Below, piece by piece: positions 6,682 to 16,944 of a stretch of DNA of 27,915 nucleotides. How positions within the stretch are numbered: position 1 is the stretch's first letter; each line of letters starts with the position of its first letter. A program made the position numbers and the translations under genes. The notes under the pieces are model-generated. The model did not search any database. It was given only the letters and a program-made list of their open reading frames with translations, and had not been told where the DNA came from. The stretch comes from Fusobacteriota bacterium. GTDB lineage: Bacteria; Fusobacteriota; Fusobacteriia; Fusobacteriales; JBNJFI01. Location of the stretch: positions 1 through 27,915 of the forward strand of contig JBNJFI010000020.1 in NCBI GenBank assembly GCA_051746725.1. Direction: 5' to 3'.

Positions 6682-7983
6682 ATGAGAAAAAAATTAACTA
6701 TAATTTTAAGTTTAGTAATTATTATAGCTACATATTCTGAAACGATAACATTAGATGAAGCTATAGGAAAGGCCTATGAAAACAATTTTGAAGTTAAAAA
6801 CTCTGAATTAGATGCAGAAAATGTTGAACTTCAAAAAAAACAAGCTTATAAAACGGTATTACCAAAGGTTGATTACTCGGGATCTTTTGCTAAATTAAAG
6901 GACAAAATGCAAAAAGAAAATCCATCAGGATCAGGAATGATAGAGATAGAAGATTCTGACAGCATGTACAATCATTCTATAAAAGTAAGTCAACCTGTTT
7001 ATAATGGTGGAACAATGTGGACGGCAATAAAGATTGCGAAAATATCCGAAGATATGAGTGATTATAACTTAGAAAACAAAAAAGATGAGATAAAACTGTC
7101 TGTTATGGAGTCATATATAGGGATTTTGAAATTAAAAAAAGAAGTAGGTGTATTAAAAAGCTCTTTAGAAGAAATTGATAGAAATCACATAAAGTTAGAA
7201 GAATTTTATGATCTTGGAATGGTTACCAAAACTCCTGTTTTAGACATAGAGTATAGAAAGATTGAGTTAGAAAGTAATATAATGGCTTTGGAAAACAATA
7301 TAAAGATAGCGAAGTCTTCCTTAAAAAATAGTTTAGGAATAAAAGACTCTGAACCTATAGAGTTAGTTGACTTAGAATTGGAAGATATGAAGTATGATTC
7401 AGAATTAAATGGTGATGTTAAGTATGCCATGGATAATAATTTAAATTTGAAGTTATTAGATATAAATATGAAGATCAAAAAAGAGCAAGAAAAGATTACA
7501 AGGGCAAATCTATTACCAAAGATAAATTTACAATTTGAATATAAAAATCCTGAAACTGAAATGTTTACATTAGAAGATAGTATTAAAATCAATGATTGGA
7601 CTTGGCAAGCAGGAATATCTTTTAATATAAATCTTTGGGATTGGGGAAAAAATTTAGATAAATTATCGGAAACGAAAAATAAAACAGAAAAATTTAAAAA
7701 TGAAAAGAAAAATAATGAAGAAAATATAAAACTAGGAATAAGAAGTAAATATTACGAATTAGAAAGATTAGAAAAATTATTAAATTCTAAGGAAAAAGCA
7801 TATGATAGTGCAAAGGAAAATTATTTGATAGAAAAAGAAAAACTTGATGAAAACATATCTACTGCTACTGACTTTTTAGAAGCAGAAAACAGATTGAGAA
7901 AAACAGAAATAGAGATAATAAAGACAAAATTAGACTACAAATTAGCTCAAGAAGATTATAAAATTATGGTGGGTAGAAAATAA
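6682..7983 (+). CDS. TolC family outer-membrane efflux protein
   Basis: Start moved from 6658 to ATG 6682 (RBS AGGAGG; gives a clean signal peptide); TLDEAI..A..NN, LPK, QPVYNGG and LWDWG motifs; upstream of MFP and RND genes. Confidence 0.9.
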   Translation: MRKKLTIILSLVIIIATYSETITLDEAIGKAYENNFEVKNSELDAENVELQKKQAYKTVLPKVDYSGSFAKLKDKMQKENPSGSGMIEIEDSDSMYNHSIKVSQPVYNGGTMWTAIKIAKISEDMSDYNLENKKDEIKLSVMESYIGILKLKKEVGVLKSSLEEIDRNHIKLEEFYDLGMVTKTPVLDIEYRKIELESNIMALENNIKIAKSSLKNSLGIKDSEPIELVDLELEDMKYDSELNGDVKYAMDNNLNLKLLDINMKIKKEQEKITRANLLPKINLQFEYKNPETEMFTLEDSIKINDWTWQAGISFNINLWDWGKNLDKLSETKNKTEKFKNEKKNNEENIKLGIRSKYYELERLEKLLNSKEKAYDSAKENYLIEKEKLDENISTATDFLEAENRLRKTEIEIIKTKLDYKLAQEDYKIMVGRK

Positions 7984-7995
7984 AAAGGAGGAAGT

Positions 7996-9393
7996 ATGAA
8001 AAAAATATTAATAACGTTATTGATTTTAGTTACTTTTATAGGTTGTGGAGAGAAACCAGAAGAGACAAAAGAAAAAGAAGAGGTAAAAGCAGTAAGAACT
8101 GGTACCTTAAAAAGAGAAGAAATTAGTAAAACAATTAAGATAGGCGGTACAATAGATTCATTTAAAGAGGTAGTACATGCAGCAAGCTTAGGTGGAGAAG
8201 TAGAAAAAGTCCATATTGTAAATGGAAGATGGGTAAAAGAGGGAGATCTAATAGTTACCCTTGAAAATAAACAAGTTGAAAGTTCATATATGCAGGCAAA
8301 AGCAAATTTTCTTAATGCAGAATCGGCGTATGAAAGAGCAAAAAAGTTTGCAAAAGATGAATTAGAAAATAGATTATCACAAGCTAAGATGGCAAAGACT
8401 TCTGCTGAGATGAATTTGCAAAAAGCTAGAAAAGGCTCTAAAGAAGAAGAGTTAGAGCAAGCTGAGTATAGATTAGAAAGTGCAAAAAATAATTACGAAG
8501 TTGCCAAAAGTAACTATGAAAAAAATAAAAGATTATATGAAAAAGAATTGATCTCTGAAATGGAATTCCAAAATATAGAAAGTGCTTATAAAGCAGCTCT
8601 TTCTAATTATAAAACAGCAGAGAACTCTTTAGAATTAATGAGAATGGGGGCAGATGTTGAGGATTTATCAACACTCGAAGCTCAAGTAGAAAATGCGCAG
8701 GCAAATTATAATTTAACAAAAAAGATGGTAGATGAAAAAGCTTGGAAATATGATATTCAAGCTGCAGAATCAGGATATCTGCAGGCAAAATCAAATTATG
8801 AATTAGCAAAAGATAATTATGATGATTTGACTGTTGAAGCGGAAATATCAGGCGTAATAATAAACTTGGATTTGGAAGAAAAAAATGGAGTTAAACCTGA
8901 CTCAGTATTATTTTCTGTAATTAATAACGATGATATGATTATGGAAATAGGAATTCCTGAAAAAGATGTTGAAGGTATTCAAAAGTTTAATAAAACTACA
9001 GTTTACGTAGAAGCTATAGATACTATTTATGATGGAACAGTTTATGAAATAAATCCAGCTGCTGATCCTAGAACAAAAAAGTTTGGAGCAAAGATAAAAA
9101 TTAAAAATAGAGGTCATAAAATCAAAAAAGGGATGTATGGTAATGCCACAATAGACTCTGGAAAAAATGAAGTATTAGTTGTAGATAAGAAAGCTATCGT
9201 TGTTCAAGGAGTTGAAAGTTATATATTTATTGTAGGAGAAGATAATAGAGTCAAAAAAGTAGAGGTATCTCAAGGAATAGAAAATGATAATTTAGTAGAA
9301 GTAAAAAGTGAAAAATTAAGTTCAGGGGACAAGGTTGTTGTTGAAGGACAGTTTGTTTTAGAAAATAATGATAAAGTGAGTGAGGTGAAATAG
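7996..9393 (+). CDS. RND periplasmic adaptor (membrane fusion) lipoprotein with a long coiled coil
   Basis: Lipobox-like FIGC; lipoyl halves GEV.KVHIVNG..VKEGD.IV and V.AEISGV; C-terminal LSSGDKVVVEGQ..L. Confidence 0.92.
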   Translation: MKKILITLLILVTFIGCGEKPEETKEKEEVKAVRTGTLKREEISKTIKIGGTIDSFKEVVHAASLGGEVEKVHIVNGRWVKEGDLIVTLENKQVESSYMQAKANFLNAESAYERAKKFAKDELENRLSQAKMAKTSAEMNLQKARKGSKEEELEQAEYRLESAKNNYEVAKSNYEKNKRLYEKELISEMEFQNIESAYKAALSNYKTAENSLELMRMGADVEDLSTLEAQVENAQANYNLTKKMVDEKAWKYDIQAAESGYLQAKSNYELAKDNYDDLTVEAEISGVIINLDLEEKNGVKPDSVLFSVINNDDMIMEIGIPEKDVEGIQKFNKTTVYVEAIDTIYDGTVYEINPAADPRTKKFGAKIKIKNRGHKIKKGMYGNATIDSGKNEVLVVDKKAIVVQGVESYIFIVGEDNRVKKVEVSQGIENDNLVEVKSEKLSSGDKVVVEGQFVLENNDKVSEVK

Positions 9394-12300
9394 ATGGGTT
9401 GGTTATCAAGATTTGCGATATCTAAACCTGTAACTACTATTATGTTAGTGGTTACAATGTTTGCAATGGGGCTTATATCCATGGTAGGGATTCCAGTAGA
9501 ATCTATGCCAGAAATGGATTTTCCTGTAGTTACTGTACAAGTATCTTACGAAGGAGTTGCACCAGCAGACATGGATGATTTAGTAGCTGATCCAATCGAA
9601 GGAGCAATAGAAGGAGTAGATGAGATAGAAGATATTCAATCTTACTCGAATGAAGGAGCAACATTTGTTGTTGTTTGGTTTGATTGGGGAGTTGATTTGG
9701 ATCAAAAAGTTATAGATATAAAGGATAAAATTACAAATATTAGAAGATCTTTACCCAGTGGAATTGATGACCCATTGGTATCTAAAATGGATGTGATGGG
9801 AAAAGATGAGGTTTTGAGTTTGAATTTAGCCGGTGAAGATTTAATGGAACTTAGAAAAATAGCAGAAGAAAAATTAGAGCCAAAATTAAAGAGAATTTCT
9901 GGAGTAGCCTCTGTTGATATATATGGTGGAGTTGAAAGAGAAGTTCTGATAAAGGTAGACCCTAATAAATTATCTGCATATAATTTGGATATAAATGAAG
10001 TAATAGATTTAATCAAAAAAGCAGATGTTAACCTTCCAGCTGGGAAATTAAAACAGGGAGATAAAGAGTTTTTATTAAGAGTATATGGAAAAATTGAAAG
10101 CGTTCAACAGATTAAAGATTTAATCATATATAAAGAAGATGGTCAAGTTACTTTTTTGGATGATGTAGTTGAAATTTTAGTAGGGAATACAGAAAGAGAT
10201 AGTTATAATAGAATGAATGGAAATGAGTCGATTTCACTTACTCTGATAAAAGAATCAGGGGGAAACACCGTTGCTATTTCTGATCAAGTAAAAGAAGACT
10301 TGAAAAATTTAAGAGGAGAAATTTCTCAAGGGATGGAGCTCACAATTGGAGATGATAGCGCGGATTATATAAGAGACTCTATGGATATGGTAAAAGGAAA
10401 TGCTTTTTGGGGATTGATTTTTGCTTCAATAGTTCTATTCGTATTCTTAAAAAATATAAGAGCAACTCTTATAGTAGCAACAGCTATCCCAACTTCAATA
10501 ATATTTACGTTTGTATTAATAAAATATAAAGGGATAACTATGAATATGTTATCCTTGGGTGGATTAGCTTTAGGAGTTGGAATGTTAGTTGATAACTCTG
10601 TTATAGTTTTAGAAAATATATATAGACACATGACAGAAGAAAGAAAACCAGTTATGGAAGCTGCTAGAGATGGGGCAGCTGAAATGAGTTTGCCAATATT
10701 AGCATCAACAGCCACTACTATAGCGGTATTTTTACCAATAGCATTTACAAAAGGAATGTCTGGACAGATATTTAGTGATTTTTCTTATACAGTGGCATTT
10801 TCTTTATTAGCATCAATGCTCGTTGCTTTAACTTTTGTACCAATGGTATCATCTAGAACTTTAAATAAAAATAATACAGTAGGAAAAGAAGGAAAAATAT
10901 TTAAAAAAGTAAAAAGGATATATCATAAATCAATAACTTGGGTATTAAATAGAAGATGGCGAACAGTAGCTTTGGCAGTTTCATCTTTTATAATTAGTAT
11001 TGTTTTAGCTGTGATGTTCATAGGAGTAGAATTTTTTCCCAAAACAGATATAGCTGGATATACAATACAAGCAAGTTTACCAAGTGGATTAGATATAGAA
11101 AAAGCCAATAAAATATCTAAGAGAATGGAAGAAATTATCTCAGAAAATAATCAAACAGAAAAATATATAACAAGAGTTCAAAAAGATTCAATTAGAATAG
11201 ATGTAGAAATTCCTGAAAAAGAGGATAGAAAAATAGGAATAGAAGAGTTAATAAAAAATCTAAGAGAGAAGGTAGGGAAAGTTCCAGATGCAGATGTTAG
11301 TATAGCAGCTCAGTCAATGCAAGGAGGTCCTCCTGGTGGAGATATAGAAATAAAACTCTTAGGAGATAGCTATGATATGCTTAAAAAATACGATAAATTA
11401 GTTCAAGAAAGTATGCAAAATGTAGATGGAATTGTAGATGTAGAAAGTTCTTACGAAGGAGGAAACCCTGAAATAAAAGTTATAGTAGATAGAGAAAAAG
11501 CTAAATATTATGGATTAAGTGTAGCTCACATATCTTCTATAGTTAATTCAAATATGTTAGGGGTAGTTCCATTGAGGTTACAAGCTGATGGATCTGAAAT
11601 TGATGTAAGAGTTGAACTAGAAGAGGACTACAGAGATTCCATAGGAAAAATAAAAAATTTATTATTAACCTCTCCAAGTGGAGAAACAGTAAGATTACAA
11701 GAGGTTGCTGATTTGGAGATCAGTGAAGGTCCTTCACAGGTAATAAGACAAAATGGAAGTCAGACAATAATATTAAATGCAAATTCTTCTGGAAAAGACT
11801 TGGGAACGATTACCAGAGAATTACGAGAAGAACTAGAAAAATTAGATTTTCCACAAGGTTATTCATATGAATTTGGTGGAACACAAGCTGATATGCAAGA
11901 GATGATAACAAATCTTGGAATAGCTTTTTTGATAGCCGTATTCCTAGTATATATGATTTTAGCATCTCAATTTGAGTCTTTTTTACTTCCAATAATTATA
12001 ATGGTTTCCGTTCCTTTGGCGATAACCGGTGTTATAATAGGGCTTTTAATTACTGGATTTAATTTAAGTATGACAGTAATGATCGGGGCCATAATGTTAG
12101 CTGGAATAGTTGTAAATAATGCCATAGTATTAATAGATTATATAAACTTATTAATAGCCCGTGGTAAAGAGAGACATGAAGCAATTAAGATAGCTGGAGA
12201 AACAAGACTTAGACCAATAGTAATGACAACAATGACAACAATATTTGGGATGATTCCTTTAGCTACAGGTAGAGGTTCTGGAGGAGATTTCTTTCAGCCG

Positions 12301-12444
12301 TTGGCGATAGCTGTAATAGCTGGATTGACTTTTTCTACATTACTAACACTACTTGTAATACCAGTTTTATATTCACTATTAGATGATTTTCATGTGTGGT
12401 GGTCAAAGAAAGTACACGGAGAAAAAAGAGAGATAATAAACTAA
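9394..12444 (+). CDS. RND efflux permease (AcrB/SwrC-like)
   Basis: 1016 aa with 12-TM layout; GMLVDNSVIVLENI, GIVVNNAIVLID and RLRPIVMTT motifs. Confidence 0.96.
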   Translation: MGWLSRFAISKPVTTIMLVVTMFAMGLISMVGIPVESMPEMDFPVVTVQVSYEGVAPADMDDLVADPIEGAIEGVDEIEDIQSYSNEGATFVVVWFDWGVDLDQKVIDIKDKITNIRRSLPSGIDDPLVSKMDVMGKDEVLSLNLAGEDLMELRKIAEEKLEPKLKRISGVASVDIYGGVEREVLIKVDPNKLSAYNLDINEVIDLIKKADVNLPAGKLKQGDKEFLLRVYGKIESVQQIKDLIIYKEDGQVTFLDDVVEILVGNTERDSYNRMNGNESISLTLIKESGGNTVAISDQVKEDLKNLRGEISQGMELTIGDDSADYIRDSMDMVKGNAFWGLIFASIVLFVFLKNIRATLIVATAIPTSIIFTFVLIKYKGITMNMLSLGGLALGVGMLVDNSVIVLENIYRHMTEERKPVMEAARDGAAEMSLPILASTATTIAVFLPIAFTKGMSGQIFSDFSYTVAFSLLASMLVALTFVPMVSSRTLNKNNTVGKEGKIFKKVKRIYHKSITWVLNRRWRTVALAVSSFIISIVLAVMFIGVEFFPKTDIAGYTIQASLPSGLDIEKANKISKRMEEIISENNQTEKYITRVQKDSIRIDVEIPEKEDRKIGIEELIKNLREKVGKVPDADVSIAAQSMQGGPPGGDIEIKLLGDSYDMLKKYDKLVQESMQNVDGIVDVESSYEGGNPEIKVIVDREKAKYYGLSVAHISSIVNSNMLGVVPLRLQADGSEIDVRVELEEDYRDSIGKIKNLLLTSPSGETVRLQEVADLEISEGPSQVIRQNGSQTIILNANSSGKDLGTITRELREELEKLDFPQGYSYEFGGTQADMQEMITNLGIAFLIAVFLVYMILASQFESFLLPIIIMVSVPLAITGVIIGLLITGFNLSMTVMIGAIMLAGIVVNNAIVLIDYINLLIARGKERHEAIKIAGETRLRPIVMTTMTTIFGMIPLATGRGSGGDFFQPLAIAVIAGLTFSTLLTLLVIPVLYSLLDDFHVWWSKKVHGEKREIIN

Positions 12445-12469
12445 GTTTTTTAAAAAAAGGGAGGTAAAT

Positions 12470-12766
12470 ATGTATAAATCAATAAGAATTATCTTTGATT
12501 CAAGTATAGAAGATGAGATAAAAAAATTAATAAGATGCTTAGACATAAAGGAATGCGTTGAATTTCCCGATTTAAAAGGTGAGTGGGGAAAGGATCAAAA
12601 ACATCTAGGCACACATATTTGGCCTGGAAGTGATTCTGCTATTTTAATAATAGAAGAAGAGGAAAAGGCAAAAAAGTTAATAGAAAGACTACGTAAGTAT
12701 AAAGAAGATTTAGAATATGATGTACCTTTTCATGTAATTGTCATAAATGTAGAAGAATATATATAA
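12470..12766 (+). CDS. Small PII-like, RND-transporter-associated protein (PG0541-like)
   Basis: 98 aa; G.W....HLGTHIWPG loop motif; PII-like C-terminus VINVEEYI; RBS GGGAGG; last gene of the efflux operon. Confidence 0.7.
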   Translation: MYKSIRIIFDSSIEDEIKKLIRCLDIKECVEFPDLKGEWGKDQKHLGTHIWPGSDSAILIIEEEEKAKKLIERLRKYKEDLEYDVPFHVIVINVEEYI

Positions 12767-12768
12767 AG

Positions 12769-12810
12769 CAATAATAAAAGGATTGGCATTTGCCAGTCCT
12801 TTTATTATTG
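12769..12810 (+). terminator. Intrinsic terminator, possibly bidirectional
   Basis: CAATAATAAAAGGATTGGC-ATTT-GCCAGTCCTTTTATTATTG, long hairpin with one G-U pair. Confidence 0.85.
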
Positions 12811-12872
12811 ATAATATTAATTTAAAAGCATTTTCAAACTATACGAAAAAAAAACGGTTTGAGAAAAAATGC

Positions 12873-12901
12873 TTGTTTTTAGTGCAGAAATGTTGTATAA
12901 T
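12873..12901 (+). promoter_or_regulatory. Candidate recA promoter
   Basis: TTGTTT (12873-12878), 17-bp spacer, TATAAT (12896-12901). Confidence 0.6.
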
Positions 12902-12938
12902 AGTATATAAAATAATAGAATAAATAGGAGGACTTAGA

Positions 12939-13982
12939 ATGGCAAAAGATAAGAGTAAAGAACGAGCTTTAGAATTAGCATTAAAGCAGATTAGAAAAGA
13001 TCATGGAAAAGGATCTATAATGAAATTAGGAGAGAGACCAAGTGTTGATTTAGATTCTATTCCATCTGGAAGTATTAATTTAGATTTAGCATTAGGGGTA
13101 AAGGGTTATCCTCGAGGAAGAATAATTGAAATATATGGTCCTGAGTCTTCAGGGAAAACTACTTTAGCTTTACATGCAATAGCAGAAGCCCAGAAAAAGG
13201 ATGGAGTTGTTGCATTTATAGATGCTGAACATGCACTAGATCCTAAATATGCTAAGAACTTAGGAGTAAATACAGAAGATTTATTAATATCTCAACCAGA
13301 TACAGGAGAGCAGGCTTTGGAAATAGCGGATATGTTAGTTAGAAGTGGTGCTGTTGACATGATTGTAATTGATTCAGTGGCAGCTTTAGTTCCAAAAGCT
13401 GAAATAGAAGGAGAAATGGGAGATTCACATGTAGGTCTTCAAGCAAGACTTATGTCACAAGCTATGAGGAAAATAACAGGTAGCTTATCTAAATCAAACA
13501 CATTAATGTTATTTATAAATCAAATTAGAGAAAAAATAGGTGGATTTAGTTTTGGACCAAATGAAACAACATCTGGAGGAAGAGCTTTAAAATTTTATTC
13601 ATCAATAAGAGTAGATATAAGAAGAATAGGAACAATAAAACAAGGTGGAGAAAAAATAGGAAATAAAACCAGAGTTAGAATTAAAAAAAATAAAGTTGCT
13701 CCTCCATTTAAAGAAGCACATTTTGAAATAATGTATGGAACAGGGATTTCTAGAGAGGGAGAAGTTTTAGACCTAGCAGTAGATCATGATGTAATTGAAA
13801 AAAGTGGTTCTTGGTATAGTTTTGGAGAAGAGAGGTTAGGACAAGGTAGAGAAAATGTAAAAGCAAGACTTATAGAAGAGCAAGATCTTTTAGAAGAAAT
13901 AGAAAAGGCTTTATATGAAAAATTAAGCCCAGAAGAAAAAGAAGATGTTGGGGATGAAATAGTTGAAGGTAAAACAGAATAA
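12939..13982 (+). CDS. recA: Recombinase RecA
   Basis: [48 protein letters not shown] and KNKVAPPF motifs. Confidence 0.99.
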   Translation: MAKDKSKERALELALKQIRKDHGKGSIMKLGERPSVDLDSIPSGSINLDLALGVKGYPRGRIIEIYGPESSGKTTLALHAIAEAQKKDGVVAFIDAEHALDPKYAKNLGVNTEDLLISQPDTGEQALEIADMLVRSGAVDMIVIDSVAALVPKAEIEGEMGDSHVGLQARLMSQAMRKITGSLSKSNTLMLFINQIREKIGGFSFGPNETTSGGRALKFYSSIRVDIRRIGTIKQGGEKIGNKTRVRIKKNKVAPPFKEAHFEIMYGTGISREGEVLDLAVDHDVIEKSGSWYSFGEERLGQGRENVKARLIEEQDLLEEIEKALYEKLSPEEKEDVGDEIVEGKTE

Positions 13983-14499
13983 GATAATATTAGAAAATGG
14001 AACCAAAATAACTTTGGATGAATTTATAAAGTATAAATATAAATTAGATACAGATCAAGAAATATCAAAACAGCAAGAGCTCGATATAATATATGAGGTT
14101 ATTTTACAAAAAGCTTATAGACTTATAAAAAGTCATGATTATACAAAAAAAAAATTAGAAAAAAAATTAGAAAAAAAGTATAATTATCCAAATATAATAA
14201 AAAAAGTAATATTAAAATTAGAAAATAATGGATATATAAATGATATAAAATATGCCATGGATTATATTATGGAAAAAAAACAGGGTTCAAAAAAGGTTTA
14301 TTATGACTTGGACAAAAAGGGAATTTCAGAAAAGGATATACAAACCGCTTATAAAAAACTAAAAATAGATGAAAAAGATTATATAAAGACTTATTTAAAA
14401 AAAATTTCAAAAAAGGATATAAAAAAACAGGTAAGTTATCTTTTGAGAAAAGGTTTTGAACTTGAGGATATTCGAGAAGTTTTGGATTATTGGGAGTAA
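13963..14499 (+). CDS. recX: Regulatory protein RecX
   Basis: Overlaps the recA end; GYIND..YA, L.KKGIS and YLLRKGF motifs; TTG start is uncertain. Confidence 0.85.
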   Translation: MKVKQNKIILENGTKITLDEFIKYKYKLDTDQEISKQQELDIIYEVILQKAYRLIKSHDYTKKKLEKKLEKKYNYPNIIKKVILKLENNGYINDIKYAMDYIMEKKQGSKKVYYDLDKKGISEKDIQTAYKKLKIDEKDYIKTYLKKISKKDIKKQVSYLLRKGFELEDIREVLDYWE

Positions 14500-14567
14500 T
14501 AAAGAAAAGTTGAAAGCTGGATGATAAAATCTTTTTTAATATCTTGAATATCAAAAAAGGGGGAGAC

Positions 14568-15545
14568 ATGGTTATAAGAGAAGAAACAGAAAAGATTGAA
14601 AGAGAGACTTTTTCTGAATTTGCAGCACTTAGCTCTAAGAGTAAAGGCCGCAAGAGAGAAAAATCTCTCTGTGATATGAGGACTATATATCAACAAGATA
14701 GAGATCGAATAATTCATTCTAAGTCATTTAGGAGACTAAAACATAAAACTCAAGTTTTTATCTCAGCTTATATAGGAGATCACTATAGAACTAGACTAAC
14801 TCATACATTGGAAGTTTCTCAAATAGCCAGAACTATTGCTAGATCTTTGAGGTTAAATGAAGATTTAACAGAAGCTATAGCTCTAGGTCATGACTTAGGA
14901 CATACCCCCTTTGGACACTCTGGTGAGTCAAAATTAAATGAATTAACAACTTTTAGCTTTGAACATAATAAGCAAAGTTTAAGAATAGTTGATAAACTGG
15001 CTAAAGATGGTAAGGGACTAGATTTATCATATGAAGTGAAAGATGGGATTTTAAACCACACAGGTAATATTATGCCTGTGACTTTAGAAGGACAAATTGT
15101 AAAAATTGCAGACCGAATTGCCTATATAAATCATGATATAGATGATGGTATAAGATCTGGGGTTTTAAACAGACAAGAATTACCAAATCATGACATAGAC
15201 GTATTAGGAGAGTCTCATACTCAGCGAATTGAAACTTTAGTATTAGATATTGTTGAAACGAGTAAGGGTAAGGGAATAATAAAGCAGAGCAAAAAAGTGG
15301 GCGAAGCAATGAACTCTTTGAGATCTTTTTTGTTTGAAAACTTTTACACTAAAAGTGAAATAAGGCCTAAATTAAAAAAAGGTAAAAAAATAATAGAATT
15401 ATTATTTAACTATTATATGGAAAACTTTAATGAACTAGGAATAAACTTAAACGACGAGACAAAAGAGCGGAAAGTGGCAGATTATATATCGGGAATGACT
15501 GACATATATGCCATAAACAAATTTAAGGAGATATACTTACCGTAA
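14568..15545 (+). CDS. dgt: Deoxyguanosinetriphosphate triphosphohydrolase-like HD protein (short type)
   Basis: DRDRIIHSKSFRRLKHKTQVF, RTRLTHTLEV, GHDLGHTPFGH.GE, ADRIAY..HD and DYISGMTD; start moved from 14544 to ATG 14568 (RBS GGGGGAG). Confidence 0.92.
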   Translation: MVIREETEKIERETFSEFAALSSKSKGRKREKSLCDMRTIYQQDRDRIIHSKSFRRLKHKTQVFISAYIGDHYRTRLTHTLEVSQIARTIARSLRLNEDLTEAIALGHDLGHTPFGHSGESKLNELTTFSFEHNKQSLRIVDKLAKDGKGLDLSYEVKDGILNHTGNIMPVTLEGQIVKIADRIAYINHDIDDGIRSGVLNRQELPNHDIDVLGESHTQRIETLVLDIVETSKGKGIIKQSKKVGEAMNSLRSFLFENFYTKSEIRPKLKKGKKIIELLFNYYMENFNELGINLNDETKERKVADYISGMTDIYAINKFKEIYLP

Positions 15546-15561
15546 TAAAAAAGGAGGAGAG

Positions 15562-16941
15562 ATGACAAAAGGAGCGATATTATTAGTTAGTACCAATAAA
15601 CAGGTGGTTAAAAAGGTTAGAACTGATCTCAAAAAAGATTATGAAATACTGGTTTTTGATAAGTTGCTAGATGGAATCGATATTATGAGGGAGACAGATT
15701 TTGAAGTTATATTATTAGATAATACTTTGAAAAATTTCACTTTAAAAGAAGCAAGTCGTAAAATTGGAGGACTATTAAAGGATGTATACACAATTGCATT
15801 GACAAATGACAAAGAAGAAATAGCAAACATAGATGATAATATAAGGAAACCTTTAAATTCAAATGAACTCAAAAAAGCTGTAGAATATGGAATAAAAACA
15901 GTTAAATTAATTAGAGAAAAAAGAGATCTAGAGAGAAAATTAGAAAGTCATAAAGAAACAACCATAATAGGTCAAAGTAATAAAGTAATAGAAATGAGAA
16001 AAGAGATAGATAAAGCCTCTAAGATGGATTCAACTGTACTTATAATAGGTCAAACAGGGACAGGCAAAGAATTGGTGGCTCGAAAGATCCATGAAGAGAG
16101 CCTTAGAAGTGAAGAGAGTTTTAATAAGATGAATTGTAGTAATGTATCCCGTGAGTTAATGGAAAAAGAATTATTTGGATATGAAAAAGGTGAACTTATT
16201 GGTCCTAATATGCCGCAAAAAGGAATTTTAGAGCTAAGTAATAATGGAACCGTTTTTATTGAAGCTATAGACATGTTGGATACAAAATTACAAAAGAAAC
16301 TTTTAAAAGTTATCGAATATGGTAAATTCAAGAGAAAAGATAGTGGTAAAACACGAAAATTAGATGTCAGGTTTATAATTGCAACAGATAAAAATTTAGA
16401 AGAAGAAGTAAAAAAAGGAAGAGTGAAAAAAGAGTTATATCATAGATTAACTACTTTTTCAATTACAGTTCCTTCTTTAAAAGAAAGAAAAAAAGATATA
16501 CCATTACTGTCTAATTACTTTTTAAATAAAGTAGCCTCAAAACTGCATAAAGGTGTTTTAATGATATCTGGAGAAGCTATGAAATACTTAGTGGACTATT
16601 CTTTTCCTGGAAATATAAGAGAACTAAAAAATATAGTTGAGAGATTAGCGATAACTTCAAAAGATAAGATAATTGATGTTGAGAACTTACCCCTTGAATT
16701 GAAGATGAAATCAAAAACAATTGAAAATAGAGTAGTCAAGGGTTTAGGGCCTTTAAAAGATATACTTGAAAAAGAGATATATGATCTTTCAGAAGCAGAA
16801 AAAGTTGTTATAGGTATGGCGCTTCAAAAAACTAGATGGAATAAACAAGAGGCAGCTAAACTTTTAGGAATTGGAAGAACAACTCTGTATGAAAAAATAA
16901 GAAAATATGAATTAGATAAAGATGACTCTTCAAAAAAGTAG
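15562..16941 (+). CDS. NtrC/AtoC-like regulator (REC-like + AAA+ + Fis HTH) with degenerate activator motifs
   Basis: Walker A GQTGTGKE, FPGNIREL.N and HTH AAKLLGIGRTTLYEK are intact; GAFTGA is replaced by GELIGP and Walker B reads FIEAI. Confidence 0.88.
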   Translation: MTKGAILLVSTNKQVVKKVRTDLKKDYEILVFDKLLDGIDIMRETDFEVILLDNTLKNFTLKEASRKIGGLLKDVYTIALTNDKEEIANIDDNIRKPLNSNELKKAVEYGIKTVKLIREKRDLERKLESHKETTIIGQSNKVIEMRKEIDKASKMDSTVLIIGQTGTGKELVARKIHEESLRSEESFNKMNCSNVSRELMEKELFGYEKGELIGPNMPQKGILELSNNGTVFIEAIDMLDTKLQKKLLKVIEYGKFKRKDSGKTRKLDVRFIIATDKNLEEEVKKGRVKKELYHRLTTFSITVPSLKERKKDIPLLSNYFLNKVASKLHKGVLMISGEAMKYLVDYSFPGNIRELKNIVERLAITSKDKIIDVENLPLELKMKSKTIENRVVKGLGPLKDILEKEIYDLSEAEKVVIGMALQKTRWNKQEAAKLLGIGRTTLYEKIRKYELDKDDSSKK

Positions 16942-16944
16942 AGG

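Noticed and set aside
13954..13965. In-frame ATG-AAA-TAG before recX, suggesting readthrough or a pseudogene
   Set aside because: The sequence is constrained by recA coding, and TTG 13963 has a usable GGGGA RBS.
14568..15545. Anti-phage dGTPase defence system
   Set aside because: It is the short housekeeping-like form in a recA-recX context with no defence or mobile genes nearby.
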